Below are positions 1 through 10,369 of a stretch of 64,000 nucleotides of DNA, piece after piece. The translations under genes and the position numbers were made by a program. Position 1 is the stretch's first letter. Each line of letters starts with the position of its first letter. Source of the stretch: Scyliorhinus canicula (lineage: Eukaryota); the NCBI RefSeq assembly GCF_902713615.1, contig NW_024055497.1:1396420-1460419 (forward strand). Direction: 5' to 3'. The notes beneath the pieces are model-generated. The model did not search any database. It was not told the DNA's origin and saw only the letters and a list, made by a program, of their open reading frames with translations.

Positions 1-574
1 GGGGATTTATCAGCCTCCAATCCCATCAATTTCCCCAACACAATTTCTCGAATATTGATCTCCTTCAGTTCCTTCCTCTCACTAAATCCTGCGTTCCCCA
101 ACATTTCTAGCATCTAATTTGTGAAGCCAGAAGCAAAGTATGTATGTATTTGCTCACCCATTTCTTTGTCCCTATTATACATTCCCCTGTTTCTGACTGA
201 AAGGAACCTACATTTGTCTTCACCGATCTTTTCTCTTCACATACCGACAGAAACTTATATAATCGGCCTAATTTCCTGTTTTGTGCCATTCCCAACATCA
301 CCACTGCAGTTTGGGGGTCTTTATACGATGCCCACTAATGTTTTTGCCCTTGGTGTTTCTCAGCTCTACCCATACAGACTCCACATTATCGGAGCTAATA
401 TCCTTCTCACTATTGCATTAATTTCCTCTTTAACCAGCACTGCCACTCCACTGCCTTTTCCTTTTTGTCTGTCCTTCCTAAATACTGAAGATATTCAGTT
501 CCCATCCCTGGTCATCCTGCAGCATGTCTCCATAATCCTGGTTATCTCACACCCGTTTACATCTATTTACACAA
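1..574 (-). mobile_element. CR1-clade LINE ORF2 fragment
   Basis: The reverse complement of 1-60 reads LMGLEADKSP, matching the CR1 L-K-x-D-K-S-P-G motif also seen at 7687. It abuts and truncates a zinc finger at about 575. Confidence 0.7.
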
Positions 575-870
575 TTCACTCGGTTATGCCGTCTGCAGTC
601 ACACCTGGGAGTTCACACTGGGGAGAGGCCATTCACCTGCTCTCAATGTGTGAAGGGATTTTGTAATTCATCGCACTTCCTGAGACACCAACAAGTTCAC
701 AACTGATCCAGGGATTGGATTCTGCTGTTATTGTTTCTGTTCTCAATTACATCCAGGACTACATTTTGTTCATTCTGTTGGTCAGTGGGGACGGTCAGAG
801 GGTTTCTTTCTGCTGGACTGGCCGGTCTCATGGCTTCTCCTCCAGTGGGCTGATTCTCTCTGAGCCTTCT
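575..870 (+). pseudogene. 3' end of a C2H2 zinc-finger gene (ZF-A) plus 3' UTR, cut by the CR1 insertion
   Basis: 575-706 translates [43 protein letters not shown]. 715-870 matches the reverse complement of the ZF-D 3' flank (34814-34960). Confidence 0.85.
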
Positions 871-935
871 TGCAAATATCTGGTTGCACATTTCACATGG
901 ATCAAAGAGTGAAAGGGAGTTTGGAGGTTCACAGA

Positions 936-1263
936 TCATGGAATTTACAGTGCTGAAGAAGTCCATTCAGCCCATCGAGTCTGCACCGGCCCTTGGAAAG
1001 AGCATCCCAACCAAGCCCGCACCTCCACCCTATCCCAGTAACCCCACTTAATCTTTTTTGGACACTAAGGGCAATTTAGCATGGCCAATCCACCTAACCC
1101 GCACATCATTGGACTGTGGGAGGAAACTGGAGCACCCGGAGGAAACCCACGCACACTCGGGGAGATCGTGCAGACTCCACACAAGACAGTGACCCAAGCC
1201 GGGAATCGAACCTGGTACCCTGGAGCTGAGAAGCAGCTGTGCTAACCACTATGCTACCATGCT
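936..1263 (-). mobile_element. HE1-like tRNA-derived SINE
   Basis: tRNA-like head (GGTTCGATTCCC B box) with the CR1-type 3' tail; matches about 35 other copies in the window. Confidence 0.9.
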
Positions 1264-1505
1264 GTGTTCAGGTTAGAAGATATTTCATTACCATTTCTGT
1301 TTTGAAATCCCCAAATCATGCACATTGCCATGAAGATGGGCTATGGTGGTTACATGGATCTTTTGTTTAATTTTGTCTTGGTGCTTCTCACAGAAGTATG
1401 AGGGGGGAAGTTGTCTGAGGTGCACTGGGAAACTACATTACATAGTATGGTGGGAGACAGGCAATCACTAATATTTATGGAATTATTACAGATTTACATG
1501 GGAAT

Positions 1506-1590
1506 CGGTTAGCTCAGTTGACTGGATGGCTGGTTTGTGCTGAGTGACATGAACAGCACAGGTTAAATTCCCATACCAGCTGAGGTTAGC
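1506..1590 (+). mobile_element. Head of a second tRNA-derived SINE family (SINE-B)
   Basis: GGTTAGCTCAGTTGACTGGATGGCTGG head; same family as 34352-34530 and 63650-63811. Confidence 0.7.
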
Positions 1591-3025
1591 CGTGATCTGT
1601 CAGTATTTGTGCTCCACATGACCCCCCCCCCCCCCCCAACCAATCAGCATCTCCCTCTATTCCTTTCTCCTCTCATGTATGTATCTAGCTTTACGTTCAA
1701 TGGATTAATGCTGTTCACCTCACCACTCGCTGTGGGAGTGAGTTGCACATTCTCACCACTCCCTGGTAAAGAGGTTTCTGCTGAAATTCCTATTGGATTA
1801 TTGAATTCCTTCATAATCTGAAAGACTTCCTCCAGGTCACCCATCAGTCTTCCTCCTTTCCAGAAAAAAGCAGCCCCAGCCTTTCCTGGGTGTTAAATGC
1901 TCTCAGTTCTTATATTATGAATCTTTGTTGCACCTTATCCAGTGCCTCTATTTCCTTTATCGAAATGGAGATCACCATGTTGACAGTGTTCCCAGTGTAG
2001 TCTACCCCCGGTTCTAAACAAGCTGAACATTTCCTCCGTGCTTTTCAATTCTATCTCTCTAGAATGGAACCCTATATATAATTGCCCCACACTTTGGGAA
2101 AAGATGTGAAGTTCTCAGAGATGGTGTCGAGAACATTTACGAGAATGGTACCAGAGATGAGGGACACCAGTTAGTTGGAGTGACTGGAGCAACTAAATTT
2201 CACTCCTGAGATCACAGTATCTGGAGGGTGAGGGAATGGGGCCATTCATCCCTTTGGGACCGTGTCGGCTCCCTAGTGGAGGAAGCCAGTCTGTCCATTG
2301 CCCCGTTCTATCCCAAATCCCTGTGAGTTTTATTTCTCTCAATGCCTGTCCAATTTCCTATTGAAATTCATTCCATCATCTCTGCATCTCCCACCCTCAT
2401 AGGCGATAGGTTCCAGGTTGTACCACTCCCTTTACATGTACACAAGGCTGTTCGAGCACAGAGGAGTCTATTTGGCCCATTTTTCCTATGCCAGCACTTT
2501 GTACAGCGACCCATTTAATCCCAGAGTCGGCTATTTTAGTTTTCTTTTTCAGAATGCATCAAATTCCCTTTTGGAAATTGCATTCCAATGAGATTCCAGC
2601 ACCATTTATCGACAGTGCATTCCAAATCACAAAAACTCGCTGTGTTTTACAACAAATAATTGTGCATATGGTGTGTGTGGATTTTCACAGAGTATTCAAA
2701 ATGGTGTCAATGACGTGGGTATTACACAAAATTAAGACTCAATCTTTATCAATGATTCTGGTGAGGACACCGAGTGTAATATATGCGGACAATTGGAATA
2801 ACTGTACATTTCTATAAAACCTCTCGACCACTGAACCTCCTAAAGTGTTTTAAAGCCAATGGAGTACTTTTGAATTGAAACATATTCACTGTTGTAATGT
2901 AGGAAGCTGTAAGTACTGTTCTGGAAAATACAGAATGTGTCATTTGAAACATAGAGGTCTGCCAATATCTGGTCTGGGAGAGTGCAGGGAAAGATCCCAC
3001 AAGAGGTTGGTGGCAGCTGAAAAGA

Positions 3026-3113
3026 GCAGAAACTGTGGCCAGCTCTTCTGTCAAAAATGCAGTCAATTTCAGTCTGTCAGAATTGTTATTACAACCTGCA
3101 GCAGGAGAAAGGG
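3026..3113 (+). pseudogene. WDFY3: Orphan fragment of the WDFY3 (Alfy) FYVE domain with an internal deletion
   Basis: RNCGQLFCQKCSQFQS (3028-3075) overlaps VCQNCYYNLQQEKG (3072-3113) in a shifted frame. This matches the remembered WDFY3 sequence RNCGQLFCQKCSRFQS-EIKRLKISSPVR-VCQNCYYNLQHE. Confidence 0.75.
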
Positions 3114-3163
3114 AAAAAGAAAAAAACAGAATTTGCATACATTTCTTTGTGCTGTTGAAATAT

Positions 3164-3523
3164 TGTAATGGACTGCCCCTTTAAGCCCCGTAGTCCTTTC
3201 CCTATCGGAGGTCCCGATCTCCCGCCAAAAATCACTAAGCGCGGGCTTCCCTCGCTCTTCCCCCCACGTGCGAGGCAGCAGACATCGGGAGAAAAGCAGA
3301 ACGCGAGGGAGCAGCAGCTGGAGAGGTCAGAACGGAGCTCAGAGGAAGGAGGACAGAAAACAGAGAACCAGCATCAGGAGGGAGAGAGAGAGAGAGAGAG
3401 AACTCGGTTATGGGAAAGGCAAAGCAAACAGCTGAGTGTAAACGGTAATAGATTTAAAGAAGGCTAGGATTTAAAGGTAAAATGTTAAGTTTGGGTCTGA
3501 AGAGTGGTGGATTTACAAAAACA
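3164..3523 (+). repeat. Candidate 5' LTR
   Basis: TGTAA (3164) ... TTACA (3513-3517) inverted termini, directly before the PBS. The 3' end is 3517 or 3523. No second LTR is in the window, so the left edge is tentative. Confidence 0.55.
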
Positions 3524-3541
3524 TGGCGAGCCAGCCAGGAG
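3524..3541 (+). promoter_or_regulatory. Primer-binding site complementary to tRNA-Arg(ACG)
   Basis: TGGCGAGCCAGCCAGGAG is the 18-nt reverse complement of the remembered vertebrate tRNA-Arg-ACG 3' end (CTCCTGGCTGGCTCG-CCA). Confidence 0.9.
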
Positions 3542-3667
3542 GCCTAGAATATTAGAAGTTTCTAGGTAAATAGGGCTAGAATATTAGAAGTTTCTAGTTC
3601 CCAAGAAACGGTTGGAATATTAGAAGTTTCTAACCGGCACAAAGGCTAGAATAGAAGTTTCTAGTCT
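3542..3667 (+). other. Array of four RNA stem-loops in the retroviral leader
   Basis: Hairpins at 3542-3567, 3573-3600, 3609-3636 and 3643-3667: 8-9 bp stems with G-U pairs and loop (TAT)TAGAAGT. Confidence 0.8.
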
Positions 3668-4085
3668 ATATGTGAGTCAAACTTTACCTGCCGAGTTTAG
3701 TTTGGAAAGTCATGTGTGATTGGCTTTTGTAAGGATATTCTGTGGATCGAGGGGACAGAAGCTCAGGTTGGGTGTGAAAATCAGTAGACTAGAAGATACT
3801 GGCCCTGAGAAAAGTCTGCAAGACATTTTGGTGACAGCACTAAAATCCTGCATCCATTACTGGTAAAAGGGGCTAAAGAATCATCCTCAGGGTAAGGCAG
3901 ATTGTGCGGACATTTTCTGGAAAATAGGGACGCTTATCTTCAGAAACCAATAATCAATCGACCCTTAACTAAAGCAGGAAGATAGTGCCTTGGTCAGCCT
4001 TGGATAGGGCCCAGAAAGGGTACTTATCCTTAATTTCAGAGTGCACCTGAAAGGGACAACCAGGAACAGAAAAAAAATCCGAAAA

Positions 4086-6200
4086 ATGGCAATTAGGGTA
4101 ATTCTCATGCCATGGGATACGGTCAAGAGAAATGTAGCAGTGAAACAGGAATGGAAGAAATTAAAAGAGCAAAAGAAATCCTGGAAAAAAGATATGTATC
4201 CAGACGGAGATATCTCCTTCTTTGTTAGAGTGCCAAAAGCCCTGCAATATACAGATCCAGTAGGGATCCTTAAAGCACTTTGTAAGTTTGCATTTGAAAA
4301 GCAAGCTGAATCACTAATCTTGTTCGGACACAGACAGAAGCATGCAGCTGCTCAAGTGGGCAAAGTGTGCTCCAAACTGATTAAAATCATTGACGAAGAA
4401 AACATGAAAGAAATAATACAGATCCCTAGTGAACACAAAAGTAACTCTGAAGTGGCAAACAAATATATAAAACAACTGCAGAAAAATGAAACATTAGAAA
4501 TGGAAAATGACGAGGAATCAGTCCTAGAATCAGATAGCCGAGAGAATTCGGACCCCTTTGAAAATTTCCCAAAGGGATACAATTTTCAATACCCAGATCC
4601 AAGTCCGTTTCAGGAAGAAAATTGGCCTCGGCAATCTGCCACATATAAAAAAGGAGCTTTTATCGATCATTTCTTTGAAACACAAGAAAGTGAAGAGGAA
4701 CAAAGCCTAGTTGGGATTATGGCGCCTCCTGCGCTGGGACAGGAAGAATCATCATCCTCATCAGAGAATGAGGAAATAGTAAAACCAAGGAGAAGAATAG
4801 GGAATAGAAAAAATTCTAAACCATTAGAAATAGGGGATTATAGTGATTACTGGAAACAACAACAACCTTCCACTTATCGACCAATAAATAAGGATTTACC
4901 GTATTATATGTATAATCCAGAAGCAAAAATGGTACACCATAGAGATCAGGAAGGATGGGAAAGAGAGTTACATCTAGGGGACTTAAAATAGGAGAAATAT
5001 TAGGAGGAAGTCAACAAATTGATTCTACGAAATTACTGGAATTACCAAACGTTACCCCCAAAGCTAAAATTTGGCAAATGAGCAAAGGGTATGACAGTTT
5101 CGGAAGAGCCATGAGTAGGGTAAGGAACAGCACAGAAACACAAGGCCAGATAATAGCAGCATTAAGACCACAAGAAAGGATACAGAATCGTCCAAGACCC
5201 CGAATAACTGCTCCTACTCCGATGGATAGGGCAAGTTATGCTCCACGAGATAGCCAAGTACCAATTGCAATGTTTGAAGAATATATAGAACCGGTGGAAG
5301 ATTTTGTACAACATGGTACCCCCTATTTTGAGGAAGAACCGGTACAACGACAGATACATTTCTCAGAATATAGGACACCTTTAAGAACATCATGCCCCAG
5401 AAGTGAGAAAGTAGTTCAGTCATTTACACCAGGTCCAGAGGAAGGACAGGGAGGCATGGTACCGTATAAAATAGTAGCAGCAGTAATGAAGACAGCAGGC
5501 CCAAAGAAACATGGGGAGAGTAGAATTGAGTATTCACAGAGGTTAAAACAGTTAGCGAAGAAAATGGGGGCATCAGGAGAATCCACCAAATTGATTGATT
5601 TGCATACAGTGGGAGAAATAGTTACAGGCGAAGTCTCAGATTTAATAAATGAGTTAGATTTGGGAAATGAGAGCTAACTTAATGAAAGAGATGACAGAGG
5701 CAGCATATGCAGGGGAACACCTCACAACATATGTCGACCGAATATATGAGGTTAATAAGGAAGAGGGGGCCGATGTAGTCAGATTCCTGAGGGAATTAGG
5801 ACCCAAGATTCCAGGAGGAAATAGCCTCTCAACAATACTGTTAACGACCTCTAGAAGAGAAATAGGAAGAGAACTGGTGAAATTTGATTTGGCAGGCAAA
5901 GCATTTAAGGATAAACACACAAAAGGGGAACAAAAAAGAGTAGCAGCTGCCCAAAATAATGTTTCAACACAAAATGCTCAGATTAGACCACCAAACCGAC
6001 AGATACCTGACAAATCGGAACACAATCTAGCCCAACCAGCAATGCCACAACATGGGTATAATCTGCGGTCACAAGGGCCACCTCCACCACAAAATCTAGA
6101 TTACTTACCAAGGGAACAATTCCTAGCCCTCAGTCGGGAGGAAAGAGACAGATTCATTGAGGATAGGAGAAGAAGAGCAGCTGGTCAGGGGAAAGATTTA
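4086..6200 (+). pseudogene. gag: gag (about 700 aa once two single-base frameshifts at about 4985 and about 5663 are corrected)
   Basis: ATG in good context (AAAATGG). Three overlapping ORFs join into one frame. GYNLRS (6054-6071) and RRRR basic patch; no Cys-His box. Confidence 0.7.
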
Positions 6201-7172
6201 ATAAAAATAGATACTAGAAAAATAAGGATATTAAAACCAATTGATAACATGGAGGAATTAAGGAAACAGAAAGAGAAAAGTATTTTAAATGACGAAGCTT
6301 GGAAGAAGATGGAAGAAGTATTAATGGGAGCAAACCTAGCGATAGGTAAGAATGACACAGGTTTAATTAGCAAGCGGTTCCAACACACAATTCACGGGGG
6401 ACAACACAGACCTCAAAAACAGTATCCTTTGACTAGAGGAGCTAAGAGCGAGCTGGAGATAATAATCAAGGAATTGGAGCAGCAGGGGATTATTCAAGGG
6501 GTCACATATGCCTCAACAAATAGTCCACTTCAAGTAGTAAGAAAACCAGATGGTACATTTAGGATGGTAACAAATTGCAAAGCTTTAAATAAAGTCACAA
6601 AGAAGGACAAGAGATATTTAATAAATCCACAAGCTACCTTAGAGCAAGTCGCGGGAAAAACTTACTTAACTAGTATAGATTTGGCGAATGGATTCTGGAG
6701 TGTTCCATTAGACCCAGACAGCAGGGAGAAAACAGCATTCACCTTCGGAACTAAGCATTATGTATATTGTAGACTGCCACAGGGATATGTTAATTCTCCG
6801 AATCACTTTCAGGCAATAAATCAGGGAACTGATTAAAGATGATTGGCTTTAGTATATATCGATGATATATTAATTGGAGATGACGATCAGGACAAACATG
6901 TGGAAAGAGTGGCCAGGATAATTAAGACACTTAGTGAAGCAGGCTTTAAAATAGGGCTAAAGAAATGTCAAATTGGGAGAAGCGAAGTCAACTATTTGGG
7001 TTATTCAGTATCGAAGGAAGGTAGAGAGGCCAGTATTGAAATGAGGAAGAAGGTAGCTGAAATTACTGCGCCTGTTTCGAAAAAAGGGGTTCAAAAAATA
7101 ATGGGAATATTGGATATCTAAGGCCAGTAGTGAAAGACTTTAGTCTTTATGCTAAAGCCATTTATCAAACAT
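6201..7172 (+). pseudogene. pol: pol: reverse transcriptase, in frame with gag, with three single-base indels, truncated by the gap
   Basis: YIDD at 6855-6866. Corrected reading: ...NSPNHFQAIIRELIKDDLALVYIDDIL...IMGILGYLRPVVKDFSLYAKAIYQT. Confidence 0.9.
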
Positions 7173-7272
7173 NNNNNNNNNNNNNNNNNNNNNNNNNNNN
7201 NNNNNNNNNNNNNNNNNNNNNNNNNNNNNNNNNNNNNNNNNNNNNNNNNNNNNNNNNNNNNNNNNNNNNNNN
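7173..7272. other. Assembly gap (100 N)
   Basis: Run of exactly 100 N; different elements on each side. Confidence 0.98.
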
Positions 7273-9262
7273 ACCAAAGAGTGGAATCTCTTGTTAGAGG
7301 AAAAAGGAGGCCTATGTGAAGATGAGGCGTGAATCTCAGTTGGGGCGCTTGATAGTTACAGGGAAGCGAGGAAGGATCTAAAGAGAGAGCTAAGACGAGC
7401 AAGGAGGGGACATGAGAAGTCTTTGGCAGGTAGGACAAGGAAAACCCAAAAGCTTTCTATAGGTATGTTAGGAATAAGAATGACTAGGGTAAGAGTAGGG
7501 CCAGTCAAGGACAGTGGTGGGAAGTTGTGTGTGGAGGCTGAGGAGATTAAGCGAGTTACTAAAGAATACTTTCGTCAGTATTCACTCAGGAAAAAGATAA
7601 TATTGTGGAGGAGAATGCTGAGACCCAGGCTATTAGAATAGATGCATTGAGGTGCGTAGGGAAGAAGTGTTGGCAATTCGGACAAGGTGAAAATAGATAA
7701 GTCCCCGGGGCCTGATGGGATTTATCCTAGGATTCTCTGGGAAGCCAGGGAAGAGCTTGCTGAGCCTTTGATTTTAGGTCATCATTGGTACAGGAATAGT
7801 GCCAGAGGACTGGAGGATAGCAAATGTGGTCCCTTTGTTGAAGAAGGGGAAGTAGAGATAACCGCGGTAACTATAGGCCGGTGAGCCTAACATCTGTGGT
7901 GGGTAAAGTCTTGGAGAGGATTATAAAATATACGATTTATTATCATCTAGGTAGGAATAATATGATTAGGGATAGTCAGCATGGTTTTGTGAAGGGTAGG
8001 TCATGCCTCACAAACCTTATCGAGTTCTTGAGAAGGTGACTGAACAGGTGGACGAGGGTAAAGCAGTTGATGTGGTGTATATGGATTTCAGTAAAGCGTT
8101 TGATAAGGTTCCCCATGGTCGGCTATTGCAGAAAATACGGAGGCTGGGGATTGAGGGTGATTTAGAGATGTGGATCAGAAATTGGCTAGTTGAAAGAAGA
8201 CAGAGAGTGGTGGTTGATGGGAAATGTTCAGAATGGAGTTCAGTTACGAGTGGCGTACCACAAGGATCTGTTCTGGGGCCGTTGCTGTTTGTCATTTTAT
8301 AAATAACCTAGAGGGCGCAGAAGGATGGGTAAGTAAATTTGCAGACGACACTAAGTCGGTGGAGTTGTAGACAGTGCGGAAGGATGTTGTAGGTTACAGA
8401 GGGACATAGATAAGCTGCAGAGCTGGGCTGAGAGGTGGCAAATGGTGTTTAATGTGGAGAAGTGTGAGGTGGTTCACTTTGGAAAGAATAACAGGAATGC
8501 GGAATATTTGGCTAATGGTAAAATTCTTGGTAGTGTGGATGAGCAGAGGGATCTCGGTGTCCATGTACATAGATCCCTGAAAGTTGCCACCCAGGTTGAT
8601 AGGGTTGTGAAGAAGGCCTATGGTGTGATGGCCTTTATTGGTAGAGGGATTGAGTTCCGGAGCCATGAGGTCATGTTGCAGTTGTACAAAACTCTAGTAC
8701 GGCCGCATTTGGAGTATTGCGTACAGTTCTGGTCGCCTCATTATAGGAAGAACGTGGAAGCTTTGGAACGGGTGCAGAGGAGATTTACCAGGATGTTGCC
8801 TGGTATGGAGGGAAAATCTTATGAGGAAAGGCTGATGGACTTGAGGTTGTTTTCGTTAGAGAGAAGAAGGTTAAGAGGTGACCTAATAGAGGCATACAAA
8901 ATGATCAGAGATCAGGTCAAAATGACCTGTGATCATGATAGGGTGGACAGCGTGAGCCTTCTCCCGCGGATGGAGGTGGCTAGCACGAGGGGACATAGCT
9001 TTAAATTGAGGGGTAATAGATATAGGACAGAGGTCAGAGGTGGGTTTTTTACGCAAAGAGTGGTGAGGCCGTGGAATGCCCTACCTGCAACAGTAGTGAA
9101 CTCGCCAACATTGAGGGCATTTAAAAGTTTATTGTATAAGCATATGGATGATAAGGGCATAGTGTAGGTTAGATGGCCTTTAGTTTTTTTTCCATGTCGG
9201 TGCAACATTGAGGGCCGAAGGGCCTGTACTGCGCTGTATCGTTCTATGTTCTATGTTCTATG
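7273..9262 (+). mobile_element. CR1-clade LINE (HER1-like), ORF2 3' half with tail
   Basis: DKSPGPDG, YMDFSKAFDKVPH, GVPQGSVLGPLLF, FADD and RPHLEYCVQFWSP motifs; (TTCTATG)n tail at 9242-9262. Confidence 0.95.
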
Positions 9263-9394
9263 TCACGCTTGTGCCTTCAACGTCGTCCTCAAAACACTGC
9301 AATCATTTCTATGCAATAAAAGTGGAAGGTTCAGGTTTTACCAAAGTCAATCGGTGACTTTGTTAAATAGTCTTCTGCATTGTACATTTTACAT

Positions 9395-9520
9395 CGGAGC
9401 AGTGGACGGTCTCTCCAGTGTGAGCACGTTAGTGAGTCAGCAGATCCATTTTACTTCTAAAGCTCTTCTCACAGTCAGACCACATAAAATGTTTTGTGTC
9501 AGAGTGAACATGTTGGTATG
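9395..9520 (-). pseudogene. Degenerate C2H2 finger remnant
   Basis: HQHVHSDTKHFMWSDCEKSFRSKMDLLTH*RAHTGERP. Confidence 0.7.
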
Positions 9521-10369
9521 AAGTGAGATGGGTTAGAGTTATAGAGTTTTACAGCACAAAACAAGGCCCTTTGTCCCATTGTGTCTGTGCCGGCTATCAA
9601 GCACCAATCTATTCTAATCTCAGTTTCAGGGATTATTAACATCAACTCAAACAAACTCCATCTGTCAGAATGAACATGGTTCTGTCCTGGATGTGATTTT
9701 GGGTCAGTCCTGGATGTGATTAATATCAATAACAGCAGAGTCCTGGAGATACTTGTGAACTCGCTGATGTGTCTGCAGGGTGGATGACTGAATGAATCCC
9801 TTCCCACAAAGAGAACAGATGAACGCTCCCTCCCTGGTGTGAATGCGCTGGTGTTTCAGCCGGAGGGACTGCTCAGTGAATCCCTTCCCACACACGGAGC
9901 AGGTGAACGGTCTCTCCCCAGTGTGAATAAGGTGGTGTCGCATCAGGGTTGATAACTGAGTGAATCCCTTCCCACACACAGAACAAGTGAATGGTGAACT
10001 CACTGGCGATCCAACAGTTTGCACAACTCAGTGAATGCCATCCCACACTTGGGGCAGGCAAATAGTTTCTCCCCAGTGTAAACTCGCTGGTGTAACAGAA
10101 AGCTGGATAACTGAGTGAATCTCTTCCCACACAGAGCAGGGCTACGGCCTCTCCCCGTTGTGAACTCGCTGGTGTGTCAGCAGATGTTCTTTTCTTTGAA
10201 AGTTCTTTTCACAGTCGGAACATTTAAAAGGTTTGGTTTCAGAGTGAACAAGTTGGTGTGTAATGGACTTGTTGGGTTGGGTTAGTCGAGTGAACCTCTT
10301 CCACACTCATAGCAGGTGAACGGCCTTTCCCCGGTGTGACTGCGGCGATGGACTTCCAGCACAGACGGG

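Larger units (their letters stand above)
3164..7172 (+). mobile_element. Foamy-like (spumaretrovirus-related) endogenous retrovirus, 5' half, truncated by the assembly gap
   Basis: Candidate LTR, PBS, Gag without a CCHC knuckle, and RT motifs PQKQYPL, KPDG..RMV, DLANGFW, RLPQG..NSP and YIDD, each colinear with remembered foamy virus Pol. Confidence 0.8.

Noticed and set aside
121-666. 181-aa plus-strand ORF
   Set aside because: It is the antisense of a CR1 fragment running off-frame into a finger remnant.
3131-3138. Octamer ATTTGCAT as an Ig V promoter
   Set aside because: It is a single 8-mer with no leader or V exon downstream, about one expected by chance.
3542-3667. Heat-shock elements (nGAAnnTTCn) in the leader repeats
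   Set aside because: Only two pentamers are in register per unit, and G-U covariation fits RNA stems better.
6348-6366. KNDTG as the retroviral protease active site
   Set aside because: It aligns with the foamy NQVG linker just before RT, has no hydrophobic strand in front of it, and leaves no room for a protease fold.
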